64,000 bases of DNA, taken from contig OZ024749.1 of the NCBI GenBank assembly GCA_964016885.1, positions 53,444,001-53,508,000 of the forward strand, given 5' to 3'. Made by a program: the position numbers and the translations under genes. Positions 1 through 12,006 of this stretch are shown in pieces. The DNA is from Eledone cirrhosa (Eukaryota). Positions within the stretch are counted from its first letter, which is position 1, and the number at the start of each line of letters is the position of its first letter. Below the pieces are notes generated by a model. That model did not search any database, was not told where the DNA came from, and worked only from the letters and a program-made list of their open reading frames with translations.

Positions 1-883
1 TAAATGTTACAAAACAATTATTTTACATTTTATAATTCAAATTAAAAATAAGCTAAGCTAAATTTTATTTTGGTTTGGAACACTTTTGTGATAGCCATTC
101 AACTATAAAAAAATATGAACATCTTAAATAGCAACCTTTGCAGTGATCAGCTAATAAACGTAACACCACACAATAAGATTAATAAAGTCCACACAAACAA
201 AAACATAAGGTTTAGTAAATTATTCTGAGATATAATTATAAATTTCGCAAATACAACTATTATCAATAACTAATAAATATATATTATACAAATATATGGA
301 AATTTCACGGCAAGCAATTCTTCAAATGCAAGGTGTTTTCTCACACGTTGAAACAAAATAACCACAACAGAAATATAACAACATTAATATACTAAGAGAC
401 AGTAGAAAAAGCTAGTTTCAGTTTGAACATTTAAAAGAGCTTCTAAAAATATATTATAGCCATTATATTTTCCATATCTTTAAATATACCTTCCTAAACT
501 TTAATTATGTATGCATATTCATGCATAGAAGCTACATTAGGTAAAGGAAGTTACTTAAAAAAAAAAACAAAAAAAAACAAAAAAAAAAAACATAGAAACT
601 AAATTGGATTCTTTACAGAGTTATAAACTGCAAATCATTTGTTCTATGACTATTTAGATCCACAATATACAAATATTAATTTCTGCAGAGAATTTAATGC
701 TCCATGACCATTTCATGAAATTAAAATTGAGAAATGAGGGCGATTTAAAGAAAATACAAACAAAATGATATACACATATCTCTAGCTTAAAAACTGAATT
801 GTTATTGAAGAGTATGATTACTGAAGCCATGCCAAGTAATTTCACTTCAGAGCAGGTACAAATATCAAAGAGTTCACACATAC

Positions 884-993
884 CTCTTCTCTAGGAGCCT
901 CATGTTCATTATCACCTTCGATTTTTACTCTGACAACACCAGATTTATCAACAATATCTTGAATATTTCTGCCATTTTTACCAATAACTTTAG
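884..993 (-). CDS. FMR1: FMR1/FXR exon 10, KH2 domain start; gene continues past the window start
   Basis: [29 protein letters not shown]; CAG/GTATGT sites; 110 nt. Confidence 0.96.
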
Positions 994-2084
994 CTGAAAA
1001 TTGAAAAGCAAATAATACATTTGTTATCACAAGATATATTAAACACTCAGCTTTCTTACTATATTATACTATATTAAACACTCAGCTTTCTTACAAATTT
1101 GTAATTAATTTTTTTATAAATCTCATTCCCCCTACTTGCTTCTATTATCACAAAACAAATGTTACAATTATCTCTTAATACTACAAAATGCTCTTCTGAG
1201 ATTTCTTATCCCCATAACATGTAAAAAAAACTGCTGAAATCAAATGTAGTCTACAAGAAACTTCTTTATGACAATGGAGGCTATGTCAGCACCTCATCAC
1301 TGACTTGTGATATATTTCATAATTCATGGCATTTACCAATGGTCGATGCTTGTCCCAGTTTCTGTGGCATGAAGCGACAGAGTACAAGATAAAACCCTCG
1401 GCTATTCATCATCATCATTTTACGTCTGCTTTTCCCTCCTGGTACTTATTTTCAGCTGAGTATACTGAAGCAATGTGAAATCAAGTGTTTTGCTTAAGAA
1501 CACAATACACGGCTGTGTCCAGTAATTGAACCCCATCTTTACATACATATCCATAGCTAACTGGACTGAGTCATTCTTAGTTATTACAACTGACTGTATT
1601 TCAAAGCTTTTAACCCTTTTATTATATTTTTAATAAAAGACAGTTATGGAGTTGTCATATTGGTAGTAGTCCTGACTTTACTAACTCTAGCAGGTAACAA
1701 GTATATTTATATTTATTATTAACTGTTATATTTTAGTTTCAGAGAATATTACTACAAATATGATATCCTTAACATTAACTCTTTTACTGACATCATCATC
1801 GTTTAACGTCTATCTTCCATGCTAGCATGGGTTTAAACAGGAATTGTCTTACTTGAGGCAAGATTGGTCGGGTGACTATGTCTCGCTCATTTATTCTAAT
1901 GAAAGACACTGTCTATGATTTTCAGATAACTTTGTAAATAATAAAAAATTTGTGGAGTTTTGTTACAACTAACTTTCTCGTTATTTAGAACATAGCTTAA
2001 AGCTTCTCATATAAAATTATGTAGGAGAGGGTATAGTTGACTGAATTAACTCCTGTATATTTATTGAGACATATAAAGCAATTG

Positions 2085-2360
2085 ATATGGAACAATGAAC
2101 CCAGGCATTCGAGAACGAATGCTTCAGAAGGCTGCTACACACACTGTACGCAGAGTGCAAAACAAATAGCTTTTTCAAGCAGCAAGTTAATAAATATGCT
2201 GGAAGACAGGAACCACTCCTTGTGATGGTGAAAAGACAGAAGCTTGCCTGTTATGGTCATGTATCCTGCCATGACTCCTTGTCTAAAACCATCCTTCAGG
2301 GAACAGTCGAGGAAGGATAAAGAACCAGTGGTAAGGGTTGACTATGAAAGTGTCTAAAGT
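2085..2360 (+). mobile_element. Old RTE/BovB-like LINE 3' fragment
   Basis: QAFENECFRRLL and YGHVSCHDSLSKTILQGTVE remnants. Confidence 0.65.
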
Positions 2361-2677
2361 GGCACTCCAATAACTGGCTGCACCAGTTGTACATATACAG
2401 TGGCACCTCAATGACTGGCATCACCAGGTGTACATCTACAGTGGCACCACAACAACTGGCTGCACCAGTTGTACATCTACAATTGTACCACAACTACTAG
2501 CTACACCAGTTGTACGACTAGAGTGGCACCCCAATGATTGGCATCACAAGTTGTACATCTGGAGTGACACCCCAACAACTGACTGCACCAGTTGTACATC
2601 TGCAGTGGTACCAACCACAACTACTGGCTGCACCAGATGTACATCTAGAGTGGCACGCCAACAACTGGCTGCACCAA
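2357..2677. repeat. Minisatellite, about 39-45 bp unit (AACTGGCTGCACCAGTTGTACATCTACAGTGGCACC), about 8 copies
   Basis: Direct tandem repetition visible. Confidence 0.9.
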
Positions 2678-2776
2678 AGGCAGGAACATGATTAATTAAT
2701 TAATATAGCAACCACTAAGAAATGAATGTCATCACAATCAAGGGAAACATTATACAAGTCTTGTCACCCCACTGTT

Positions 2777-3208
2777 CATCATGATCGTTATTTTACGTCT
2801 GCTTTTCCCTGCTTGCAAGGGTTGGACGGGTCTTATTCAGCACAGCATCTCTCCACTTGTCACGGTCCTTGGTCATCTCCTCGGTGAGTATCAGCGATCT
2901 GAGGTCTGCTCTCACCACCTCCGCCCATGTTTTTCGTGGTCTACCTCTACTGCGTCTTCCTTCTACTGGGATTTCTTGGCACTTCTTTACCCAGCGGTCA
3001 TCCTCCATGCGCATCACAGTCTTCTCTCCTGCACACCACAACTTATCCCTCTTATACCCAGTTTCTTTCTCAACTCAGCTATGCTTGTTCGTTCACGCAC
3101 ATTGGCATTGCACATCCAATGGAGCATACTTGCTTCATTTCTCTCCAGCCGTCGCTTATCTTCTGCAGTTGCTGCCCATGTCTCATTACCATGCCCTTTC
3201 GTACGCAC
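2777..3208 (-). mobile_element. RTE LINE 3' fragment (subfamily A) with internal deletions; a shorter + strand copy lies at about 7715-7851
   Basis: Encodes WVKKCQEIPVEGRRSRGRPRKTW...TRPTLASREK, nearly the same as the 10622 copy. Confidence 0.93.
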
Positions 3209-3373
3209 CTAAGATGCATGGAAATATTTAAACTTAGAAGAAAAAAACCCATTCTACTTACAGCAGTTATTTTTTAACAGTAGCCTTAAAATAATGACTT
3301 TTCATTTTTGATGTAATTTAAAAGCTGCTGTTTGATATCTAGTGAAACTGTCTAAAGTTATGTGAAATCTTAC

Positions 3374-3452
3374 CAACTAGATCTCTTGGTACTTGAAAGG
3401 TTTCTTCAGCATATTCAAGCATGTTTCTAGCTTCTCGGACAGCATCTTCAGT
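3374..3452 (-). CDS. FMR1: FMR1/FXR exon 9 (TEDAVREARNMLEYAEETFQVPRDLV)
   Basis: TAG/GTAAGA sites; 79 nt; similar to FMR1 [24 protein letters not shown]. Confidence 0.94.
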
Positions 3453-3611
3453 CTAAAAGAAAATAAAAACAATATTTGATTTAATCCCTTTTTGTTGCTA
3501 TAGTTCTCACAAAAATACACCCTGGTTTCAATTTAATTCTAAAATAATGAGAGACTTCAATTGGGTTTTCTAAGCCAATAAACAAACAAATAAAAAGAAA
3601 AGTTTATTTAA

Positions 3612-3810
3612 CCCGTTTGTTGCCAACCCAGCTCTGGTTCAATGAAATAAAATCACCCATTTTTAAAGGTTTCCAACAATTTTACATAAGAACTTTATAT
3701 TAAGTTACTATCTTAGTAATGAAATAATTGATAATTTTAGTAAATCACTCAAAATTCTTCATTAACTAATTGAAATAGAGTATTTCATTAGAAATATGGT
3801 CATGAAAGGG
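3612..3810. mobile_element. piggyBac-type MITE (related copies at about 7300-7916, 15210-15391, 15452-15888, 23795)
   Basis: TTAA|CCC...GGG|TTAA termini; interior recurs several times in the window. Confidence 0.7.
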
Positions 3811-4441
3811 TTAAATATATAGAATGAGTTATTAGCCAAGATTCAGTTGGGATATAGAAGAATTCTGTACATTGGGTTTTCAATCTAACTTGATTACATA
3901 TAAAACAAGCATAACAAAAAGGGCTATAACAACATGAAATACAATTTAATGTCCATTTTATCACCCTAGCATTGGTTAAATGAGTTGTCCCATTGTAAGT
4001 CAGATCTGATGATCATGTCTTGCTCAAATAGAACTGTTTCTGGCTAGGTTTCTACAGCTGGATGCCATTCCTAATGCCAATCACATTTACAGTGTGGACA
4101 GTGCTTTTTATCGTGCCACCAAAATGATCAGTTTAATATGCACTAGGTGCTTTTTTGTCGTGACACTGACACAACTAACTCACAAGGTGAACCGAGTGCT
4201 CAACAGGACCACTCCACAGGGTGAACCGGGCGCCTTCTGTCATGCTACCAACACATTCATCTTACAGGGCAGACAGGGTGTTTTTTGAGGTATCTCCAAT
4301 GTGAACGCCTTACAGGGTGGACTAGGTTATTGAAAAAAAAACTAAATACTTCAGTGTGTTAGGTAGCACTCAATACAATGAGTAGTGTAAATTTAACATT
4401 AGAAAAAATGTAACTACTATCAAATAAAGGTGATCTCTTAC

Positions 4442-4609
4442 CTCACCATAAACTTTAAATGTGCAGGATTCTTCATCTAAATCAATTCCTGTAATACCTT
4501 GTACTTTTCTAGCTTGTTGAATATTACTACCATGAGTACCTATAGATAAGCCCATCAAATCTTCTCGAACAGAAAATTCTTCCATATAACCAGATCGAAT
4601 TTTAGCACT
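4442..4609 (-). CDS. FMR1: FMR1/FXR exon 8, KH1 domain
   Basis: [23 protein letters not shown] with GxxG loop; CAG/GTAAGA sites; 168 nt. Confidence 0.96.
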
Positions 4610-5142
4610 CTGAAACAAAAAAAAAAAACGATTAAATACTTAAGTTGTTTCATAAAATACTTTAAGGAAAATTAACAATATCAATATAATGCTCAAATGT
4701 ATACGAACGAGAGCTTTATTGGAGAAAAATGAGAAGACCAACATGAAATAAGTGAAATTTCACTTGATTGTGCAGTTGTGATATATAGTGTTTCTTGGGC
4801 ACTTTAAACCAGGCAGATCCCATCTCCTCTCCATATTGAAACAACCAATTTCTTCCAGAGAAGGAGGGGGAGGGGGTAAGAAAGAGATATATAGGATAAA
4901 ATCAACCCCAGTACTAGACTGGTATTTTATCGACCTTCAAAGGATGAAAGGCAAAATCAACCTTGGCAAGTTCTGAATTCAGAGCACAAAAGATTTGGAA
5001 CGAATATCACAAAGTATTCTATCAGACGTTCCGATGACTACCTAGTCGCACTACCTATGCTATAGGAAAAAGAAACCATGCTATAGGAAAAAGAAAAGAA
5101 AAAAAAAAGCTCTAAAAAATATTTTTTAAAAATTCAACTTAC

Positions 5143-5259
5143 CTGTAATTTTTTAACAGCTTCCTCTGTTCTTTGCTTTAATAAAACTTTCTGACGCAAG
5201 TTCCTTAGAAACATATCTCCCATCAACGAAGCTTTCTTTATCACAGAGAAATTTGTGGA
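5143..5259 (-). CDS. FMR1: FMR1/FXR exon 7 (STNFSVIKKASLMGDMFLRNLRQKVLLKQRTEEAVKKLQ)
   Basis: TAG/GTAAGT sites; 117 nt; DM..R.LR.K..L..R.EEA motif. Confidence 0.92.
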
Positions 5260-5342
5260 CTAAAATTAGATGAAAAGAAATTGATTTGAAATAGTTACAC
5301 ACAACACACAAGAGTGATAACAGTTAGAAAAGAGATACTAAC

Positions 5343-5436
5343 CACAACAACTAATGCATTATCATCTGAATTATATATAACAACTGCTGCACCACAGTGT
5401 TTCTTGAACTCTGCTAATGTACTTTCTTCTCTGCAA
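5343..5436 (-). CDS. FMR1: FMR1/FXR exon 6 (CREESTLAEFKKHCGAAVVIYNSDDNALVVV), KH0 region
   Basis: CAG/GTTAGT sites; 94 nt; frame consistent with flanking exons. Confidence 0.9.
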
Positions 5437-5604
5437 CTGAAGAGGAAATGAGAAATATTTTATTAATACACAAACTGAGTAATGTTTTGTTAATTAGTTC
5501 TGAAAATAACATTCTGAAAGAGAAAGAGAATATAAAAAATGGAAGATATAAAAGAATGACTGGCCACAGAATAAATAAATAAAAATATAAAATAAAACAC
5601 TCAC

Positions 5605-5670
5605 ACTTCTCTTAAATCAGATGGCACTTCAAGAATCGCTTTCCGAAAACTATCTTTTGAAATACAGGGA
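5605..5670 (-). CDS. FMR1: FMR1/FXR exon 5 (PCISKDSFRKAILEVPSDLRE)
   Basis: AG/GTGAGT sites; 66 nt, phase 2-2; similar to FMR1 [20 protein letters not shown]. Confidence 0.9.
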
Positions 5671-6614
5671 CTATATAAATAAAAAGAGTAAAAAGAATTA
5701 ATTATTGCACATCTTTTCAGTTTGGCAATTACAAATTTATTTAATTTGAAATACAGAGGAACTTCAATTTGTTATCAGGTACAAAAACCATTTAGTTGTC
5801 ATGAAATATCTTGCAGAAATTAAACAGTAAAAGATCACGGCAAGTATTTTATTGGAACTGTTTTTGGTAATTGAAATAATGTTATTTTTTTCTTAACTAG
5901 TGGTAAGATTTGAATCAATAATCTACATGCAAACAATTCTACTACTGCTTTTCTATGAAGCCCTGATGCACTCATGGTCCCGTAACTCCTGAGGAAGTCA
6001 TAGGGATGACATATTGACATACAGCATTTCTAGAGTATATATCAAACTCCTCTTTAAGTCTGATGACAGTAGAGTGAGAGAATGGAAGTAAGAAAAAGAT
6101 GTAGAAGAATCTATCCCAGTACTTGACAGGTACTTTTTTTTTTTAAATCTCGAATGGACGAAAGACTAAGCCATGATAGTAATACACAAACAAATACAAA
6201 AACCATAAATTTTACAATTAACTATCCTATCATGATTTAGCAGAAAATAATTCAAATGACTGAAGTAGAGTATTTTTAACAGTTGGACAGATCTTTGAAA
6301 AAACTTGCAAGATTAGAATAAAGACTAGTTAATATAAAGAATGATGTGTTCATGCACGGAGATGTTATAAAATAGTATGAAGACCCTTAAAAGATGGAAA
6401 AAGTTGCCATCAGCCACTATGAGAAATTGAGCCACATCTCCCAGATACTGGCTAGTAAAAAATCATCTTTTATGTGATGTAATCTTAGTTTTGTTTTATA
6501 TTTTTTTGAGAATGTCTTTGCTAATGCATTTCAAGCGGTGCAACATGTTAAGAATTAATGTAATACTTGGTAAAGAAAACCAACAATTTTCTGAATACAA
6601 GATATTATACTCAC

Positions 6615-6769
6615 TTTTCATTTAAAGGCCGAATCCTTTCCAAAGGAAGAATGTCTGTGTTTGAAGACTCAAAACCTGAATATTCAACTACAACAAAATC
6701 ACCTTTCAACATCTTGATTTTGGACGGCCACCAACCTATCATGTCATCAGCCGCTGATCTACTAAGTGC
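6615..6769 (-). CDS. FMR1: FMR1/FXR exon 4 (ALSRSAADDMIGWWPSKIKMLKGDFVVVEY...ERIRPLNE), Agenet/Tudor 2
   Basis: CAG/GTGAGT sites; 155 nt; WW..K..M.KG.F.V.EY motif. Confidence 0.93.
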
Positions 6770-7997
6770 CTGAAAGTACAAAGATGTCATCAAATAACAA
6801 CATATTTGCCACAACAGAATTCAAATATGTCTGTGGTGTATGTGTGTGAGCAAACCTGGTATACATTCAAAATATTTATGTATTATCACTATCATCATTT
6901 AACACATGATTTCCATGCTAGCAAGGGTTGGATGGATGGTCACAGACTAAGTCAACACTCAAACAGAGCTACTGACCTGTCAAACAGACTTGAGGCCCAC
7001 ACCTTGCACATATGATATCGCACTACTGAATGCAATCTATTGTGGCACCCTCGCAGATGGGCCAGGACCCTACATCTCATATATATTCCCGTAATCTGCC
7101 AAAGCATGTTGTACAACGTTCTACCGATACTCCACTGCCCTATTAAGTTTATTAATTATACATATATTTCATTTGCAGATAAACTAGCTAAAGGCGTTCC
7201 TATTGGAAATAACTGAAGTCCATTATTAGTTGACTTATATTTATCTTCGTGTGACTATTTAATAGTTTATGTGAACAAAAAAACAAAAAGATCTTATTAA
7301 CTCTTTTGATAACCAATCAGCTGAGACTGTGGTCCTATGATAGGCATGTATGGTCCCATAACTCTTGATGGAGGTGTATGGGTACCTTAGTGGCATATGG
7401 CATTAGTTTCCAGGGTATTTTGAGCCTGGCGGAGCCCACCCACCCCAGATTTCTTTCAGAGAAGGATAGAAAGGGATATAGAGGAAGAATTGACCCCAGT
7501 ACTTCACTGGTACTTTATCGACCTTAAAAGGGTGAACGACAAAGTTGACTGTGGCCGGAACTCAGAGGGCAGAGAGCTGGAACAAATACCGCAAAGCATT
7601 TTATCTGATGTTCTAAAGACTGCCATATTCACTGCCTATGTCTGATGATATAAAACTATTTATTTTGAAGTATTTATATATATATATATATCTTCCATTG
7701 TCATTTTATCTAAGAACCTGGACAGAGGTGGTGAGAGCTGACCTCAGATCACTGAAACCCACAGGAGATGACAAGGGACCATGACGAATGGAGAGATGCT
7801 GTGCTGAAGAGAACCTATCCAACCCTTGCAAGCAGGGAAAAGCGGATGTAATATGCACCAGCTTAATAGTGAAATCATAGGCAATGTCTTTTATAAGAAA
7901 TATGGAAATGAAAGGGTTAAACGACCGTTTAACATCCATTTTCCATGCTAGCAAGGGTTAGATGAGTTGTCCTATTGAGACAAGTATATAGAGGATA

Positions 7998-8333
7998 TCA
8001 TCATCATCATAATTTTAAGTCCACTTTTCCCTGCTTGCAAGGGTGGGACGGGAACTGATTCTGGCTTGTTTCTACAGCTGGATGCCCTTCCTAACACCAA
8101 CCTCATTTACAGTGAGTGCTGGGTGGTTTTTGCTGTGGCACCTACACGACCACTTTGCAGTGGAATGATAGGGACCCCAGTCCCTATCATCTCATTTCTA
8201 CAGCTGAGTAAACTGGAGCAATGTGAAATAAAGTGTCTTGCTCAAGGAAACAACACATCACCCAGTCTGAGAATTGAACTCACAACCTTTCGATTGCAAA
8301 GCCAATGCTCTAACCACTAAGCCATGTGCCTCC
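7998..8333 (-). mobile_element. Same tRNA-SINE/RTE-tail element
   Basis: Reverse-complement match to 35655-36028. Confidence 0.85.
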
Positions 8334-8868
8334 ATATTTGGTCTTAATTACCATCTTTTTAACATTAATGAACTTCATCTTAGTGATTTGGAAGCAAACA
8401 AAAGTGGTTTTGATGTTAAAAAAAAAAATAAAAAAAAATTAGATGCTAAGGGAGAAAATAATAGATAAATGTTTGTAATATATGCTTCAAATGTAAACCA
8501 TTTTTTTTTTACTCTTCTAAAATTTAATAAAAAGACATAATTGGTGGCCAGCACACTTGCGCAGCATTTGAGAGATGCACGGTAGAATTCCTTGCAGCTA
8601 TCTCTGTCGACCCTATGACTGTCTCCAGAGGTATGTTACCCAATTTTCTCAATTATTTATAGTGACTGGCTAATATAGGAGGTATTTTATGTACAAATGT
8701 ATATAAAACATTCAATACAGTTGAGCAGAGTTGTATGTATATATATACCCTGTAAGGCAGTCGTATTGGTGATAAGACAAAAAGCACCCAGTCCACCATG
8801 TAAGACGACCCTGTGGTAAACAGGTAAAACTCCAGAGTAACAAGACTCACTATTTAGCCATATTAAAT

Positions 8869-9418
8869 ATCATCGTCATCATCACCGTTTTACGTCCGTT
8901 CTTCCACGCTAGCATGGGTTAGACGGGTTGTCCTGTTGTGGGCTGTGTCCGGTCGGTTGACCTTGTCTTGCTCATACGGGAACTGATTCTGGCTTGATTT
9001 CTACAGCTGGATGCCCTTCCTAACACCAACCTCATTTAGAGTGATGGGTGCTTTTTTTCAGTGGAACCTACACGTCCACTTTACAGTGTGGGCTGGGTGC
9101 TTTTTTGCCGTGGCACCTCCACGACCACTTTGCAGTGGGAGGGTGTGGGGGCATATTGTCTATATGCTTCAGCTCGGCTTATACCCGTGGGGGGTTGGGT
9201 CTTCTGTATTACTGTGTGACGCCAGTAAGGTCGGCTTTTATTACCTCATCCCACGTCTTCTTGGGTCTCCCCACTCCGCGGTTTCCATCGACTTCTAGTG
9301 TTCTGCAGCTCTCATCCTTCATTCGCATCACATGTCCATACCAACGCAACCACCTCTCCTGCACACAGCATTTGATTCCTCTTATGCTCAGTCTCTCTCT
9401 CAATTCATTTATGCTTTG

Positions 9419-9419
<1 letters not shown>
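8869..9419 (-). mobile_element. RTE LINE 3' fragment (subfamily B), 5' end at (TA)n
   Basis: LRWYGHVMR..GRPKKTW; long 3'UTR and (CAT)n tail shared with the 45897, 57398 and 60324 copies. Confidence 0.92.
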
Positions 9420-9487
<68 letters not shown>

Positions 9488-9611
9488 GTAGGAGGTGAGT
9501 TTTATTGTAGAACAATAAAATTATGCATATATCGGATAAGTAGCACTCAACAGTTTATTGAACTGGAGTATATATAAGAAGAAATTAAAAGATAGTTAAA
9601 AAAGTTCCATA

Positions 9612-9682
9612 TATTTTATTATGCGCATTTCAAAAACAAATATCATCCTGGAACGATAGTTGCGTTCTCATCAGATAAAATA
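9612..9682 (-). ncRNA. Type I minimal hammerhead ribozyme (element A, left arm; sense to the FMR1-like pre-mRNA)
   Basis: Reverse complement of 9803-9873 with one change near the stem II loop; core intact. Confidence 0.85.
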
Positions 9683-9802
9683 GGGTTACATGATATGATG
9701 GCTAAAAAAACACTTGTGAACAAGAAAGTGTCTAGTCAACATATGTTGACTAGACACTTTCTTGTTCACAAGTGTTTTTTTAGGCATCATATCATGTTAC
9801 CT

Positions 9803-9873
9803 TATTTTATCTGATGAGAACGCAACTATCGTCCCAGGATGATATTTGTTTTTGAAATGCGCATAATAAAATA
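9803..9873 (+). ncRNA. Type I minimal hammerhead ribozyme (element A, right arm)
   Basis: TATTTTAT-CTGATGA-[about 16 bp stem II]-GAAA-TGCGCA-TA-ATAAAATA; 8 bp stem I; palindromic stem III ATGCGCAT. Confidence 0.85.
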
Positions 9874-10587
9874 TATGGAACTTTTTTAACCATCTTAATT
9901 TCTTCTTATATATATATATATATATGCATTCAAGGGCCAAGTCTCACTCCCATGCACCATAACACTTCATGCAATCTGCTCTTCACTCAGAGAGAAACCC
10001 TAACCCTATGTAACTATCAAAAAGGTAATAGTTCCCTGAACTTTTTTGTTTTTATTCCCACTGGTTCTTATTCTACCTTGGCTTGTGGAAAGTAGTGCCA
10101 AAATACTCAAATTAATCGACCATATCCAAAATGGCACCACTGAGAATGATAGAGGCCCATTCAGAAGGCAAAGATGCCAGAGAATACTATCTTAATCTTG
10201 GCTACATTGATTTTCATTCCAAAATGTGATTGCATACACACTAAGGTGTTCAACAGATGACATATTTTTTTACAACTATGTCAAGGTCATTGAAACTGAA
10301 GTAAATATAAACAGGCTGGAGCAAAAGTCATGCAACACCAAATAATCAACATTTACTTACAAAAATAACAAATATGAAGAATATTTGATGACAAAGTGTT
10401 ATTTTACTGGAGCACGACTTTTGCACCACCATGTATATCATTATCATCATTTTTAAGTCTGCCTTTTTCTTGGTTGCATGGGTTAGATGGAGACATTTTC
10501 AGGGAGGTTTTCTATGACTGTCAACCCAAACTTCTTAAAAAAACAGCCATGTTTGCACCTATATCTGCATACAATACATACATATAC

Positions 10588-10618
<31 letters not shown>

Positions 10619-10621
10619 AAG

Positions 10622-12006
10622 ATGATATATGAGATGCAGTTTGGTTTTGTGCCTGGGAAGAGTACAACAGATGCCCTCTTCTTGGTGAGACAAATGCAAG
10701 AGAGGTTCTTAGAGAAGAATAAGCCACTATACTTAGCCTTTGTTGACCTAGAGAAGGCCTTTGATAGGGTACCCCGATCTGTCATCTGGTGGTCCCTAAG
10801 GAAGCTAGGTGTTGAGGAATGGCTTGTGAGGACAGTGCAAACTTTGTACAGTGGTACTCTCAGTAAAGTCAGGGTAGGAATGGAGTTTAGTGAGGAATTC
10901 CAGATACAAGTAGGAGTACATCAGGGCTCGGTCCTCAGCCCGCTCCTGTTCATTATAGTCCTCCAAGCCATAACAGAGGAGTTTAAGACTGGCTGTCCAT
11001 GGGAACTTCTCTATGCTAACGATCTGGTTCTTATAGCAGAATCAGTAGAGGAGCTAGAGAATAAATTCTGGCTATGGAAACAGCAGTTGGAAGCAAGAGG
11101 ACTGAGAGTGAATCTAGCTAAGACAAAAGTGTTGATGAGTAGAAAAGAGGACAAAACCCTGATTCCGTCAAGGAAATGGCCATGTTCGATATGCAGAAAA
11201 GGAACTGGCATAAATTCTATAAAATGCACACAATGCAGATCCTGGGTACACAAGAGATGTAGCGGGATAGCAGGCAAACTTACAGGTAGGGAGAAATATG
11301 TATGCAGTAGATGTACAGGGAAATTAGACAGTAGAAGTCGCACTGATAGACACATTTTTCAAATGCAAGAGGGCGCTATAGAAGTGGTGGATAGCTTCCG
11401 GTACCTAGGAGATCAGATTAGCATGGGAGGAGGGTGTTCCGAGGCCATTGTATCTAGAATAAGGACGGGTTGGAAGAAGTTTAGGGAGCTGCTTCCTCTG
11501 TTGACGAAGAAGGGTTTCTCCCTGCGTACGAAAGGTCAGTTGTATGATGCCTGTGTGAGGAGCGCGATGCTGCATGGTAGTGAGACATGGGCAGCAACAG
11601 CAGAGGATATGCGACGGCTGGAGAGAAATGAGGCAAGCATGCTCCGTTGGATGTGCAGTGTAAATGTGCGTGAACGACCCAGCATAAATGTGTTGAGAGA
11701 GAAACTGTGTCTGAGAGGGATAGAATGTAGTGTACGGGAGAGGAGACTGAGGTGGTATGGACATGTGATGCGCATGGACGATGACCGATGGGTGAAGAAG
11801 TGCCAGGAAATGCCAGTTGAAGGAAGACGTGGTAGAGGTAGACCACGAAAAACATGGGCAGAGGTGGTGAGAACAGACCTCAGATCATTGAAGCTCACGG
11901 TGGAGATGACAAGGGACCGTGACGAGTGGAGAGATGCTGTGCTGAATAAGACCCGTCCCACCCTTGCAAGCAGGGAAAAGCGGACGTAAAATGATGATGA
12001 TGATGA
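10622..12006 (+). mobile_element. 5'-truncated RTE-clade LINE (subfamily A), RT with internal PHD finger
   Basis: QFGF, FVDLEKAFDRV, GVHQGSVLSPLLF, YAND (YADD mutated), FRYLG, RRLRWYGHVMR; (TGA)n tail; 5' end next to (TA)n. Confidence 0.95.

Larger units (their letters stand above)
9488..9912. mobile_element. Fold-back element A: about 170 bp arms, no spacer, plus about 80 bp tail, within (TA)n; likely Penelope-like pLTR derived
   Basis: Arms mirror about 9742/9743 (CAACAT|ATGTTG); (TA)n on both sides; tail contains AGCACTCAAC. Confidence 0.85.

Noticed and set aside
2357-2677. CRISPR-like array
   Set aside because: No unique spacers, units are diverged tandem copies, eukaryotic context, no cas genes
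9571-9912. Palindrome as a DNA-transposon MITE
   Set aside because: Asymmetric unpaired tail and hammerhead cores fit a retroelement-derived fold-back better; not fully excluded
11011-11961. Antisense ORFs over RTE copies (also about 2781-3277, 46315-47348, 50588-51310, 60725-61482)
   Set aside because: Shadow frames of RT coding sequence; no independent coding features
10487-11989. 500 aa ORF as an active or domesticated RT gene
   Set aside because: N-terminus is read through a SINE-like fragment and (TA)n; no endonuclease domain; catalytic YADD is YAND
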